Assembly: GCA_964621905.1 (NCBI GenBank)
Contig: CAZUNG010000003.1
Coordinates: forward strand, 216,366-280,365
Length of the DNA: 64,000 bases
Reading direction: 5' to 3'
DNA from: an uncultured Ruminococcus sp.
GTDB taxonomy: Bacteria > Bacillota > Clostridia > Lachnospirales > Lachnospiraceae
Each line of letters opens with the position of its first letter. The stretch's first letter is position 1. Below are positions 10,101 through 18,421 of the stretch, piece after piece. The notes under the pieces were generated by a model, which worked only from the letters and a program-made list of their open reading frames with translations, searched no databases and was not told the DNA's origin. Both the position numbers and the translations under genes were made by a program.

Positions 10101-10196
10101 AAAAAGTACTACTATAAAGTCAGAGCTTTTCGGAAAACTTCTGATGGGCTGGTGTTTGGCTGGTTCTCGGCTGCGAAGTGGGGGACGGCGAAATAA
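7173..10196 (+). CDS. Secreted papain-family (C1) cysteine protease with lectin-like domain and C-terminal fibronectin type III repeats
   Basis: Signal peptide; VKDQGAFDMCWAF (Gln oxyanion hole, catalytic Cys), HAVAVVGW, WIAKNSWG; repeated 'LSW..I.G..GYRIYRS...YYYKMRAF' Fn3 units. Confidence 0.85.
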   Translation: MKQKNLTALYLLLASILLTGPLVKVDAAEQSDMLPAAEEASDEKNEEAFYEEDLDFIYGRPMTEEEIAQQKSLEPQLEARIHTEPEPEPVTYAYRARSVLPQYYDSREYGYVTSVKDQGAFDMCWAFAIDSAAESSLIMNGISVGGEVSDTDNTDLSELHTAYYFYNRQTDPLNLTEGDKNIPQNGYDYRSNGGNLWMSALAFANWTGTESEQDAPYSWAYEDELSFVEEQQFSADAKLKNAYFINGEASQIKEAVRQFGSVAIMYNHDSRFYNYDTAAYCYPVGSPLYTSHAVAVVGWDDTYKKENFKPESGVTTDGAWIAKNSWGSAWGEEGYFYISYEEPTISCVTAMEFQSGDTYQYNYQYDGSSMTTANIADAGQKLANVFEVQGKTSKYEVLEAVSFALQSANVPYSIQIYTDLQSDQDPTSGTSVFETPLAGVTGYSGVHTVELPKTVQLMAGTKFSVVVSFSQNTAFYAERTTDSDYCEWVFAMASIGAGQSFWMNSNGVWKDLANSGMCARIKAYTNESADVGADRVAASAERSAENQILLEWTVHSGAEGYSVYRSTSEDGEYVCLGNVSGEQSVTYTDTDVEPGIQYYYRVKWYVTENDLMLESLSSNVVSAVTSLAVSEVTVSSVDYQSVTLAWEEADGADGCQVWRSTQKDGGYSLAAEIKSGTSYVDQLPLGTTYYFKIRMFRETDGHTVYSAYSDAVTAKPQMRQPALSGKSGGYNKVDLSWQKIEGAQGYRIYRSKSKNSGYSAIRNLTNPNTTSYSNVYLSGKETLKTGQTYYYKMRAFCTVGNVTVYSEYSEPVAVAPALEMPELTGKSWSYQKAALSWNKIPGVSGYRIYRSTKETSGFSAIRNLTNANTLSYTNSGLVTGKTYYYKMRAFRNEDGKTYYSAYSKVVEVKPVPNRVQISGVQAPSAGKMKISWARISGADGYRVYRAESSSGTYTYVRTLNGNSNVTYTDTIKKIKGKKYYYKVRAFRKTSDGLVFGWFSAAKWGTAK

Positions 10197-10210
10197 ATAG
10201 ATGGAGAACG

Positions 10211-10255
10211 AAAAAACGCTCCGGTGCCTTTTAATGGAACCGGAGCGTTTTTTTT
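10211..10255. terminator. Bidirectional intrinsic terminator
   Basis: AAAAAACGCTCCGGT...ACCGGAGCGTTTTTT between convergent genes. Confidence 0.9.
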
Positions 10256-10256
10256 A

Positions 10257-11633
10257 TCAGTCAACCTTTGGAAGTCCTGCAAAACCAGGTTCCAGATCGG
10301 CATCTGTTGGGATGTAATCCGTCATTTCGCCATCGTTGTATTTTCCGTATGCAACCATATCGAAATAGCCGGTGCCTGTCAGACCGAAGACGATCGTTTT
10401 TTCTTCTCCGGTTTCTTTGCATTTGAGCGCTTCGTCGATTGCAACGCGGATAGCATGGCTGCTCTCCGGAGCCGGAAGGATTCCCTCGACGCGTGCGAAC
10501 TGTTCTGCTGCAGCGAATACTTCTGTCTGTTCAACAGAAACTGCCTCAATCAGTTTATCATCATAGAGCTGTGATACGATGGAGCTCATGCCGTGATAAC
10601 GCAGACCGCCTGCATGATTTGCGGACGGAATAAATCCACTCCCAAGCGTATACATTTTTGCGAGCGGACAAATCATGCCGGTGTCACAGAAATCATAGGC
10701 ATAACGGCCTCGCGTCAGGCTTGGGCAAGATGCAGGCTCTACTGCAATAATGCGGTAATCGGCTTCGCCCTTGATTTTTTCGCCCGCAAAAGGAGAAATC
10801 AGGCCGCCCAGGTTGGAACCTCCGCCGGCGCAGCCGATTACAATGTCGGCTTTAATGTCATATTTGTCCAGAGCGGCTTTGGTTTCCAGGCCGATGATCG
10901 ACTGGTGAAGAAGTACCTGACTGAGCACTGATCCCAGCACATACCGGTAACCGTCACGTGACATGGCGGCTTCGACAGCTTCAGAGATCGCACAGCCGAG
11001 GCTGCCGGAGGTTCCGGGATGTTCTGCGAGGATCTTTCGTCCAACCTCAGTGGTTTCGGATGGGGAGGGAGTGACAGAGGCTCCGTATGTTCTCATAACT
11101 TCGCGGCGGAAAGGCTTTTGCTCATAGGAGACTTTTACCATATATACCTTGCAGTCAAGGTCAAAGTAAGAGCAGGCCATGGAAAGGGCTGTTCCCCATT
11201 GTCCGGCACCGGTCTCTGTTGTGACGCCTGTCAGACCCTGTTTCTTTGCGTAATAGGCCTGTGCGATGGCTGAATTCAGTTTATGGCTCCCGGAAGTATT
11301 GTTGCCCTCAAATTTGTAATAGATGTTTGCCGGAGTGTCCAGCGCTTTTTCCAGAAAATATGCACGTACCAGAGGTGATGGACGGTACATTTTATAAAAA
11401 TCCTGAATCTCCTGAGGAATATCAAAGTATGCGGTGTCATTGTCGAGTTCCTGGCGGACCAGTTCATCGCAGAATACCGGCCGGAGCTCCTCGAATGTCA
11501 TTGGTTTTAAAGTGCCCGGATTTAACAGCGGTGCCGGCTTGTTTTTCATATCTGCGCGGACATTGTACCATTGTGTTGGCATCTCATTCTCTTCCAGATA
11601 AATTTTGTAAGGGATTTTCTTTTCTGCGCTCAT
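10257..11633 (-). CDS. trpB2: TrpB2-type (stand-alone) tryptophan synthase beta-like PLP enzyme
   Basis: SGSHKLN (PLP Lys), TETGAGQWG, GCAGGGSN, HAGGLRYHG, PAPESSHAI, GLTGTG; long N-terminus typical of TrpB2. Confidence 0.9.
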   Translation of the reverse strand: MSAEKKIPYKIYLEENEMPTQWYNVRADMKNKPAPLLNPGTLKPMTFEELRPVFCDELVRQELDNDTAYFDIPQEIQDFYKMYRPSPLVRAYFLEKALDTPANIYYKFEGNNTSGSHKLNSAIAQAYYAKKQGLTGVTTETGAGQWGTALSMACSYFDLDCKVYMVKVSYEQKPFRREVMRTYGASVTPSPSETTEVGRKILAEHPGTSGSLGCAISEAVEAAMSRDGYRYVLGSVLSQVLLHQSIIGLETKAALDKYDIKADIVIGCAGGGSNLGGLISPFAGEKIKGEADYRIIAVEPASCPSLTRGRYAYDFCDTGMICPLAKMYTLGSGFIPSANHAGGLRYHGMSSIVSQLYDDKLIEAVSVEQTEVFAAAEQFARVEGILPAPESSHAIRVAIDEALKCKETGEEKTIVFGLTGTGYFDMVAYGKYNDGEMTDYIPTDADLEPGFAGLPKVD

Positions 11634-11666
11634 TTTGTTCATCCTTTCTTTGGGTATTTTGTACTT

Positions 11667-11960
11667 AAATAAAAAACCTGTCCTATCAAATTGATAGGAC
11701 AGGAATATGATCACCTGCGGTGCCACCTAACTTCATTCTGACTGTCAGAATGCGCTTATCACATGTACGTACATACACGTCCCGTTGTAACGATCGGTAT
11801 TCGTCTCCCCTACTTGGATTGCTCCTTTTGGTTTGCCCTCGCAAGCCCATTCGTCATACTCACTTTGCTGCAATTCCACCGCCTGCAGTTCTCTGGAAAA
11901 GTTTTTGTAATGCTTACTACCCTTGCTCATAGGTTTCTGTTATGGTATCAGATGTTTGAT
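11667..11960 (-). ncRNA. T-box riboswitch, Trp specifier
   Basis: Stem I with AGAGA and GGTGGAA boxes, specifier GAA-UGG-GC (11847-11849), T-box AAGTTAGGTGGCACCGCAG (11715-11733), terminator CCTGTCCTATCAA..TTGATAGGACAGG-U-tract. Confidence 0.92.
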
Positions 11961-11968
11961 ATGTGTTA

Positions 11969-11997
11969 AATATACTATGCAAAAATAGAAAAGTCAA
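11969..11997 (-). promoter_or_regulatory. sigmaA promoter of the T-box/trpB2 transcript
   Basis: TTGACT-17-TATATT. Confidence 0.75.
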
Positions 11998-12006
11998 GAC
12001 CAAACA

Positions 12007-12036
12007 TTGACATAAATTGAGCATATGGTATATAAT
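12007..12036 (+). promoter_or_regulatory. sigmaA promoter of tRNA-Leu, back-to-back with the trpB2 promoter
   Basis: TTGACA-18-TATAAT. Confidence 0.75.
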
Positions 12037-12049
12037 TATGAGTAGTTTC

Positions 12050-12129
12050 GCGGGCATGGCGGAATTGGCAGACGCGCCAGATTTAGGTTCTGGTGGGAGA
12101 CCGTGCAGGTTCAAGTCCTGTTGCCCGCA
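12050..12129 (+). tRNA. tRNA-Leu(TAG)
   Basis: Anticodon arm CCAGA-TT TAG GT-TCTGG, variable arm, GTTCAAGTC T-loop. Confidence 0.95.
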
Positions 12130-12134
12130 TGCTG

Positions 12135-12164
12135 CAGAGCCTGTGTTTGCAGGCTCTGTTTTTT
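12135..12164 (+). terminator. Terminator after tRNA-Leu
   Basis: CAGAGCCTG-TGTTTG-CAGGCTCTG-TTTTTT. Confidence 0.85.
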
Positions 12165-12630
12165 AGATATGTATTGATTCGCTCCAGTCATCTTCATCAT
12201 AGGAAATGTCGGAAGTTACATGACCCTCTTCCATGTAACCGCTGAGCATGGAACGATACTGCTCTTCCAGGGTCAACTCTTCTTCGGCGGAAGGCATTGG
12301 ACTTTTTGTCAACGAACTGCCCAAAATTTTGAGCGGGGCCCACCAGTTAGTTGTTTCGCGTTCCTCAAGCGGCACATCTTTCCGGCGCTTTTGTACCAGA
12401 TAACCGTTCATCTCCGGATATGAGGCGATGGCCTCCATGTCTTTGTAAAATTCCTTTCCCACATACTCGAAATTCATCAGAATTAAATGATTCAGGCTGA
12501 AATAGCATTGATTGCGAATTCCGTGAATCCAAAGAATCTGTGCAACTTCTTTCGAGGGATTTAAATGTTGCTGCAGGTAAGCATCTCGTTCTTCAGGAAC
12601 GACGTGAATAATTTCTTGAACTCGTTTCAT
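12163..12630 (-). CDS. L-rhamnose mutarotase-like protein with acidic C-terminal extension
   Basis: Y18, H22, GIRN, FEYVG and a WW motif resemble RhaM/YiiL; AGGAGG RBS. Confidence 0.6.
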   Translation of the reverse strand: MKRVQEIIHVVPEERDAYLQQHLNPSKEVAQILWIHGIRNQCYFSLNHLILMNFEYVGKEFYKDMEAIASYPEMNGYLVQKRRKDVPLEERETTNWWAPLKILGSSLTKSPMPSAEEELTLEEQYRSMLSGYMEEGHVTSDISYDEDDWSESIHI

Positions 12631-12677
12631 GATTGAACCTCCTGATTTTGTTTTATATAGTTTGCTTTATATCTGTT

Positions 12678-12706
12678 ATTATATGGGCGGTGCGGGAGTT
12701 TTTCAA
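12678..12706 (-). promoter_or_regulatory. sigmaA promoter of the mutarotase-like gene
   Basis: TTGAAA-17-TATAAT. Confidence 0.75.
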
Positions 12707-12844
12707 TGTTTATTCGCAAAGTTTCCCGGTTTTTATGGAATTGCAAAGCAGTGCTGTCCGGATTGTAAAAAATAGCCGAAACGCTGATATATCAGAGCTT
12801 CGGCGGTTTTGATTTTCTTCTGCAATTAAATTGGAGAAAGGGCT

Positions 12845-12994
12845 TCAGGTCTCCTGGGTTTTCTTGCTTTCTGGACATTTAGCTTCCGGCAGAGGCTCTG
12901 ACACCTCTTTCGGCAAATCCACCTCCGGTATATTGCCGTCATCATAATCATCGGTGATATCCCAGACGGGTGGAAAGAACGACTGTTTTTCCAT
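12845..12994 (-). CDS. Small acidic, Pro-rich hypothetical protein (49 aa)
   Basis: AAGGAG RBS before ATG 12994; MEKQSFFPPVWDITDDYDDGNIPEVDLP... Confidence 0.5.
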   Translation of the reverse strand: MEKQSFFPPVWDITDDYDDGNIPEVDLPKEVSEPLPEAKCPESKKTQET

Positions 12995-13226
12995 ATGCGT
13001 ATACTCCTTTTTTGGTAGTGTGCGCATTATGTGGAGAAGATATACATGAATAGGGAGAAATGGAAGACAGCAGGTTGTTTGACAGAGAATTTATAATCAT
13101 GTAGAATTAGCCGTAATAGGACATTGTGAGTGACTGGAAGATAAGTTAAAGAGTGAGGCGGATGGTGAAGGAAAAGTTCACCTATCCCTGAACTGAGCCG
13201 CAGCAGATGCGGTATGGGAGGTGAAA

Positions 13227-14294
13227 ATGGCGGTTACATCAAAACAGATTGCAGAGCTGGCCGGTGTCTCGCGTGGGACCGTTGACCGTGCATTGCATAA
13301 TCGGGGGCGCGTGAAACCGGAGGTTGCCGAGCGGATCAGAAGAATTGCAGATGAGCTGGGATATCAGCCGCATCCGGCGGGACAGGCACTGGTACTTTCT
13401 GGCAGGGAATTTAAATTTGGTGTCTACGTGCAGTCGGTCGCGACGCCCACCATGCAGATGGTCCTTGCGGGAGTGAGGAAGGCGGCGTCTGAGCTGAAAA
13501 CCTTTGGGGTCACTACGTTGATTAAGACGCACCCAACCATCGATAAAGCAGCAGAGATGTCTGCGATTGATGAATTTTTGAAGGCGGGGTGCCAGGCGAT
13601 TGCACTTACGCCGGTTACGGAGCCGGATGTGGCGGAGCGGGTTGACGGTCTGGTGGAATCGGGGATTCCCGTGGTTGTTTTCAATGGAGATCTGCCGGAC
13701 AGTAAACGTCTGTGTTACGTAGGAATGGACAATTATGTGGGCGGTCAGATCGCAGGCGTCATGATGGGGTATATGTTTTCTGAAGGGGGTAAGGTGCTGC
13801 CGATTACGGCGCATCTGACGAATTATGCACATTATATTCGTGCAAAAGGATTCATGGAAGTTATACAGAATGATTTTCCAAATATTGAGCTCCTGCCGCT
13901 GCAGGCGTGTTTTGACAACGATACCTTTGCCTATGAGATTACCAAGACTGCTCTCGGCGAACATCCGGATATTGCAGGAGTCTTTTCGGCATCGAATGGT
14001 ACGCAGGGCGTGTGCAGAGCGATTGAGGAAGCCGGACAGACCGGACGAATCCGTGTCTTCACCTTTGATGCCAACCCGGTGAATGTAGAAGATTTAAAAG
14101 CGGGCCGTATCAGTCTGCTGTTTGGCCAGGGGGCAGAGTATCAGGGGTACCGTCCGCTTTATATTTTGTACGATTACGTGGCAAAGGGGATGCGTCCTGC
14201 TGAAACTGCCGAGTATATAGAGCCGAGTGTTGTAACCAAATATAATTTAAGTGAATCAATACCCATCAGGTCTGACAATATGCGTTCACTATGA
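13227..14294 (+). CDS. LacI-family transcriptional regulator
   Basis: HTH IAELAGVSRGTVDRALHNRG and sugar-binding domain; GGAGG RBS. Confidence 0.92.
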   Translation: MAVTSKQIAELAGVSRGTVDRALHNRGRVKPEVAERIRRIADELGYQPHPAGQALVLSGREFKFGVYVQSVATPTMQMVLAGVRKAASELKTFGVTTLIKTHPTIDKAAEMSAIDEFLKAGCQAIALTPVTEPDVAERVDGLVESGIPVVVFNGDLPDSKRLCYVGMDNYVGGQIAGVMMGYMFSEGGKVLPITAHLTNYAHYIRAKGFMEVIQNDFPNIELLPLQACFDNDTFAYEITKTALGEHPDIAGVFSASNGTQGVCRAIEEAGQTGRIRVFTFDANPVNVEDLKAGRISLLFGQGAEYQGYRPLYILYDYVAKGMRPAETAEYIEPSVVTKYNLSESIPIRSDNMRSL

Positions 14295-14449
14295 ACGCAG
14301 AAGTGAAACGCTGTATCGAAGAGATACGGCGTTTTTTTTGATTTGCGTGCAGATATTTGATGAAATCAATAAAGATTGTCAGTATATCCTAAAAAAAGCC
14401 GTTGATTATTGTAATTTCCTACAAAAACTATATTTTTTGGTAAAAACAC

Positions 14450-14478
14450 TTGCGTTCTCGTGAACGCTAGAATATAAT
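14450..14478 (+). promoter_or_regulatory. Promoter of iolG-iolI overlapped by a palindromic LacI-type operator
   Basis: TTGCGT-17-TATAAT; GCGTTCTCGTGAACGC (14452-14467) with central CG. Confidence 0.7.
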
Positions 14479-14549
14479 GTGTTTAACAAATAGGGGTACA
14501 CGAATACAGAAGGTATGCGTGTAAAAATTAAGTGATGGAGGATTTGAGA

Positions 14550-15569
14550 ATGGATTTAAGAGTGGGTATTATTGGATGCGGGATGATCGGTAAAGAGCAT
14601 GCGAAACGTCTTCAGTACAAGATCCAGGGGGTTGTCGTTGCTGCTGTGTGTGATGTCTTCGAGGCTGGTGCGAAGGCGGCATCTGAACTGATCGGAGGAG
14701 CTAAGATTTATACGGATGCGGCAGAACTGATCAACGATCCGGAAATTGATGCTGTTGTTGTGACAACTCCTGGAAATTTTCATAAAGATCCTATTCTCAA
14801 AGCAATCGCAGCGGGTAAACCGGTATTTACTGAGAAACCTCTGACGACGACGGCCGCTGAATGCAGGGAGATTGTAGATGCAGAAATTGCTTCCGGAAAA
14901 CATTTGGTTCAGGTTGGCTTTATGCGCCGTTATGACCGCGGATACAATCAAGTCAAGGAACTGATTGAAAATGGTGAGTTTGGAGCTCCGCTGGTTTTAA
15001 AGTGCACACACCGTGCGGAATCTGTTGCGGATGATTATACAACAGAGATGGCTGTCACAGATACTGCGATTCACGAAATCGATGTTCTTCCATGGCTGAT
15101 CGGGGGCGATGAATGGGATGAAGTGCAGTGCATTATGCCAAAGACTACGAAAAATGCTCATGGGGGACTGAAAGATCCACAGGTTATGATTATGAAAACA
15201 AAAGGCGGGGTAGTCTGCGTGCTGGAAGTCAACGTAAACTGTGGATTTGGATATGACATCAACTGTGAAGTTGTCTGTGAAGACGGTGTCATTAGCCTGC
15301 CGTGCCCATCGTTCCCGACAACACGCAGGAACTTTGAGGTGTCTACGGCTATTGAAAAAAACTGGATTCTTCGCTTTATTGACTCCTACGATGTAGAGCT
15401 TCAGGATTGGGTTGACAATGTAAAAGCAGGGACAACCGGCGGATCTTCAGCATGGGAGGGTTATACTGCTGCGATCACGGCAGATGCACTGGTGGCTTCT
15501 CAGAAATCCGGAAAGGCGGAGAAAGTCGTGACTGGCGGAACACCTGACTTTTACAAGACAAACAAATAA
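14550..15569 (+). CDS. iolG: myo-inositol 2-dehydrogenase
   Basis: GCGMIG, TEKPL, LVQVGFMRRYD, IHEIDV, GYDINCEV, FIDSYDVELQDW match B. subtilis IolG as recalled. Confidence 0.85.
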   Translation: MDLRVGIIGCGMIGKEHAKRLQYKIQGVVVAAVCDVFEAGAKAASELIGGAKIYTDAAELINDPEIDAVVVTTPGNFHKDPILKAIAAGKPVFTEKPLTTTAAECREIVDAEIASGKHLVQVGFMRRYDRGYNQVKELIENGEFGAPLVLKCTHRAESVADDYTTEMAVTDTAIHEIDVLPWLIGGDEWDEVQCIMPKTTKNAHGGLKDPQVMIMKTKGGVVCVLEVNVNCGFGYDINCEVVCEDGVISLPCPSFPTTRRNFEVSTAIEKNWILRFIDSYDVELQDWVDNVKAGTTGGSSAWEGYTAAITADALVASQKSGKAEKVVTGGTPDFYKTNK

Positions 15570-15593
15570 TAAAGAGAAAGGAAACAATCTGTT

Positions 15594-16466
15594 ATGAAAA
15601 TAGGCTTTAATGAAGGATGTAATCGTTTCTGCAAAAATCATTCCGTGATGGAGGATCTGGAACTCTGCGAAAAATATGGATTTGATTATATCGATATTCA
15701 GTCCGAATGCCTCGACCGTGACCTTGCAGCCGGCAAATATACAGTCGATGACCTTGCTGCATGGTTTGCTGATCCGAACCATAAGCTCAAAATGCTTTCC
15801 TATAATGCACTGGTTTTTTTCAATATGAAACAGACACAGGAAGAAAAAGATGCTGTTATGGCAAAGCTGGACAACATTATTGAAATGTGCAATAAACTTC
15901 AGTGCAGGATGATCGTGGTGGTGCCCTCTATGGATCTGCCGGTCGATGCAACGATTGATAAGATTCGCAACGATGCTGTTGCAGTGTTAAAAGAAATGGT
16001 GAAAAAGGTAGAACCTCATGGTATCAGACTTTCCCTTGAGTTCTGTGGCGCGCCGGGGATGTCGATCAATCGTTTTGAAGATGCCTATGCAATCGTACAG
16101 GAAGTAGACTCTCCGATGGTGGGCATTACACTGGATCAGTATCATTTTCATGCGATGGCTTCCTGTTTTGAAAATCTTGAAAAGGCAGATGGAAAGAAAA
16201 TTTTTGTGTGGCATCTGAACGGTATGGAGAATATGCCGTGCGGCGCTGCATATAATACGGATGAAAAACGTCTGTGGCCTGGACTGCCGGGGGATTGCCT
16301 GGATCATAAACGCTATGCGGATACATTGAAAAAGATTGGATTTGAGGGGGATGTCTGCACGATGGAAGTGTTCCGCCCGGAATATTACAACCTTTCAAAT
16401 GAGGAGAATATCAGAACAGCAGCGGAATATACCAAAAATCATGTGGCAGAATACTGGGATTGTTAA
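15594..16466 (+). CDS. iolI: Inosose (2-keto-myo-inositol) isomerase
   Basis: MKIGFNE, DLELCEKYGFDYI, NALVFFN, LEF, FHAM, ADGKKIF, RLWPG, EVFRPEYY match IolI; metal ligands E/D/H/E present. Confidence 0.85.
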   Translation: MKIGFNEGCNRFCKNHSVMEDLELCEKYGFDYIDIQSECLDRDLAAGKYTVDDLAAWFADPNHKLKMLSYNALVFFNMKQTQEEKDAVMAKLDNIIEMCNKLQCRMIVVVPSMDLPVDATIDKIRNDAVAVLKEMVKKVEPHGIRLSLEFCGAPGMSINRFEDAYAIVQEVDSPMVGITLDQYHFHAMASCFENLEKADGKKIFVWHLNGMENMPCGAAYNTDEKRLWPGLPGDCLDHKRYADTLKKIGFEGDVCTMEVFRPEYYNLSNEENIRTAAEYTKNHVAEYWDC

Positions 16467-16520
16467 TGCGGGATATTGAGGAAGGAATGTCTGTCTGATG
16501 AGTCTGAGCTTTTAAATCAG

Positions 16521-16565
16521 AAAGATGCATCTGCGAATTGAAAAACAGTTCGCAGATGCATTTTT
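16521..16565 (+). terminator. Terminator of the iol unit
   Basis: AGATGCATCTGCGAATTG...CAGTTCGCAGATGCATTT-U-tract. Confidence 0.85.
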
Positions 16566-16665
16566 GGTTGAAATCCTACAAAAGGAATATTTTTCGGTGT
16601 TGTGTGAAAGGTTAGGATTTGGTATACTGGAAGTAACTGGAACCTGATTTTCGAATACGAGGTAA

Positions 16666-18021
16666 ATGGATTTGATGAGAGAAAAATATGAAACATTACA
16701 GGTAGGAGTATTGCGTGATGCCGCTAAAAGGCGTGGGTTAAAAGGAATATCCACGATGAAGAAAAGTGAGCTGATAGAGCTTATGGTGCAGGAAGACGAG
16801 AAAGAAAAAATAGAAACTGCACCGGAGGTCGATTCAGAAAAACGGATTGAGAAAGAGACAGAAGATAAGGGCAGGATGGATTACAATCAGCTTGACAGCG
16901 GTGAATCGGCGAATGGGATCCTCGAAGTGATGAGTGACGGATATGGGTTCATCCGATGTGAAAACTATCTTCCAGGAGAGCATGATGTTTACGTTTCTCC
17001 GTCTCAAATACGTCGTTTTAATCTAAAAACAGGCGATATTCTGCAGGGGAATACCCGGGTAAAATCCCAGAATGAAAAATTCAGCGCATTGTTGTACGTG
17101 ACCAGGATAAATGGACTGTCTCCAAATGACAGTGTAAAGCGGTGTAATTTTGAAGATATGACACCTGTTTTCCCGGATGAACGTCTGCGGCTTGAACGTC
17201 CCGGCGGAAGTCTTGCGATGAGGATTGTAGATTTAGTCAGTCCGATTGGAAAAGGTCAGAGGGGGATGATAGTTTCACCGCCTAAAGCCGGAAAGACGAC
17301 ACTGCTGAAAGATGCAGCAAAATCAATTTTGAAAAATAGTCCGGACATGCATCTGATCATTTTGCTGATCGATGAGCGCCCGGAAGAAGTGACGGATATT
17401 AAGGAAGCCATTAAAGGACCGAATGTAGAAGTCATATATTCGACATTCGACGAGCTTCCGGAACACCATAAGCGTGTATCTGAGATGGTCATAGAAAGGG
17501 CAAAGCGGCTGGTAGAGCATAAAAAAGATGTGACGATCTTTATCGACAGTATTACGCGGCTTGCAAGGGCATATAATCTGACGGTGCCGCCAAGCGGAAG
17601 GACGCTTTCCGGCGGCCTGGATCCCGCGGCTCTTCATATGCCGAAACGTTTCTTTGGGGCTGCCAGAAATATGCGGGAAGGCGGAAGCCTGACCATACTT
17701 GCCACGGCGCTTGTGGATACTGGCAGCAAGATGGACGACGTAGTATACGAAGAATTTAAAGGAACGGGTAATATGGAACTTGTTCTTGACCGGAAGCTGC
17801 AGGAAAAGCGTGTGTTTCCAGCCATTGATATTGGAAAGTCCGGTACCCGCCGTGATGATCTTTTGCTGAGTCAGGAGGAGCAGGAAGCGACATATATTAT
17901 GCGAAAAGCCCTCAATGGAATGAAATCTGAAGATGCAGTAGAAAATATCCTGAATATGTTCTCCAGAACGAAGACAAATCAGGAATTTGTGCAAATGGTG
18001 AAAAAACAAAAATTTCTTTAA
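16666..18021 (+). CDS. rho: Transcription termination factor Rho
   Basis: [56 protein letters not shown]. Confidence 0.98.
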   Translation: MDLMREKYETLQVGVLRDAAKRRGLKGISTMKKSELIELMVQEDEKEKIETAPEVDSEKRIEKETEDKGRMDYNQLDSGESANGILEVMSDGYGFIRCENYLPGEHDVYVSPSQIRRFNLKTGDILQGNTRVKSQNEKFSALLYVTRINGLSPNDSVKRCNFEDMTPVFPDERLRLERPGGSLAMRIVDLVSPIGKGQRGMIVSPPKAGKTTLLKDAAKSILKNSPDMHLIILLIDERPEEVTDIKEAIKGPNVEVIYSTFDELPEHHKRVSEMVIERAKRLVEHKKDVTIFIDSITRLARAYNLTVPPSGRTLSGGLDPAALHMPKRFFGAARNMREGGSLTILATALVDTGSKMDDVVYEEFKGTGNMELVLDRKLQEKRVFPAIDIGKSGTRRDDLLLSQEEQEATYIMRKALNGMKSEDAVENILNMFSRTKTNQEFVQMVKKQKFL

Positions 18022-18027
18022 AGAAAC

Positions 18028-18056
18028 TTGCATTTATAATAAGGACATGATATAAT
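18028..18056 (+). promoter_or_regulatory. sigmaA promoter of rpmE
   Basis: TTGCAT-17-TATAAT with extended -10 TG. Confidence 0.8.
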
Positions 18057-18132
18057 TCAAAAGCTGTTTAAATTGGAAAAATCGTGATATGATTTAAATA
18101 ATGAAGAATAACAGATAGAAGAGGTGAAAAAA

Positions 18133-18342
18133 ATGAGAGAAGGAATCCATCCAGAGTACCATCAGGCAACTGTAACCTGCAACTGCGGCAATACATTTAC
18201 AACGGGATCTACCAAAAAAGACATCCACGTAGAAATTTGCTCAAAATGCCATCCGTTCTACACAGGACAGCAGAAGGCAGCGGCAGCGCGCGGACGTATC
18301 GATAAGTTTAATAAGAAATACGGAATGGGCGATAATAAATAA
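18133..18342 (+). CDS. rpmE: 50S ribosomal protein L31, Zn-binding type
   Basis: [26 protein letters not shown]. Confidence 0.98.
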   Translation: MREGIHPEYHQATVTCNCGNTFTTGSTKKDIHVEICSKCHPFYTGQQKAAAARGRIDKFNKKYGMGDNK

Positions 18343-18349
18343 GAGACGT

Positions 18350-18387
18350 AAAACAGGTTGAGATTGGCACAATCTCAACCTATTTTT
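18350..18387 (+). terminator. Terminator after rpmE
   Basis: AGGTTGAGATTG-GCA-CAATCTCAACCT-ATTTTT. Confidence 0.85.
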
Positions 18388-18421
18388 CTAATGTGAAAAG
18401 ATATAAGGGGACAATATCAAT

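Noticed and set aside
11634-11969. Short ORFs and the trpB2 N-terminal extension in the leader
   Set aside because: The region is explained by the T-box riboswitch.
12107-12129. tRNA-Leu 3' end as an attachment site of an island
   Set aside because: No second copy of the 3' end and no integrase were seen in the window; the same holds for tRNA-Lys.
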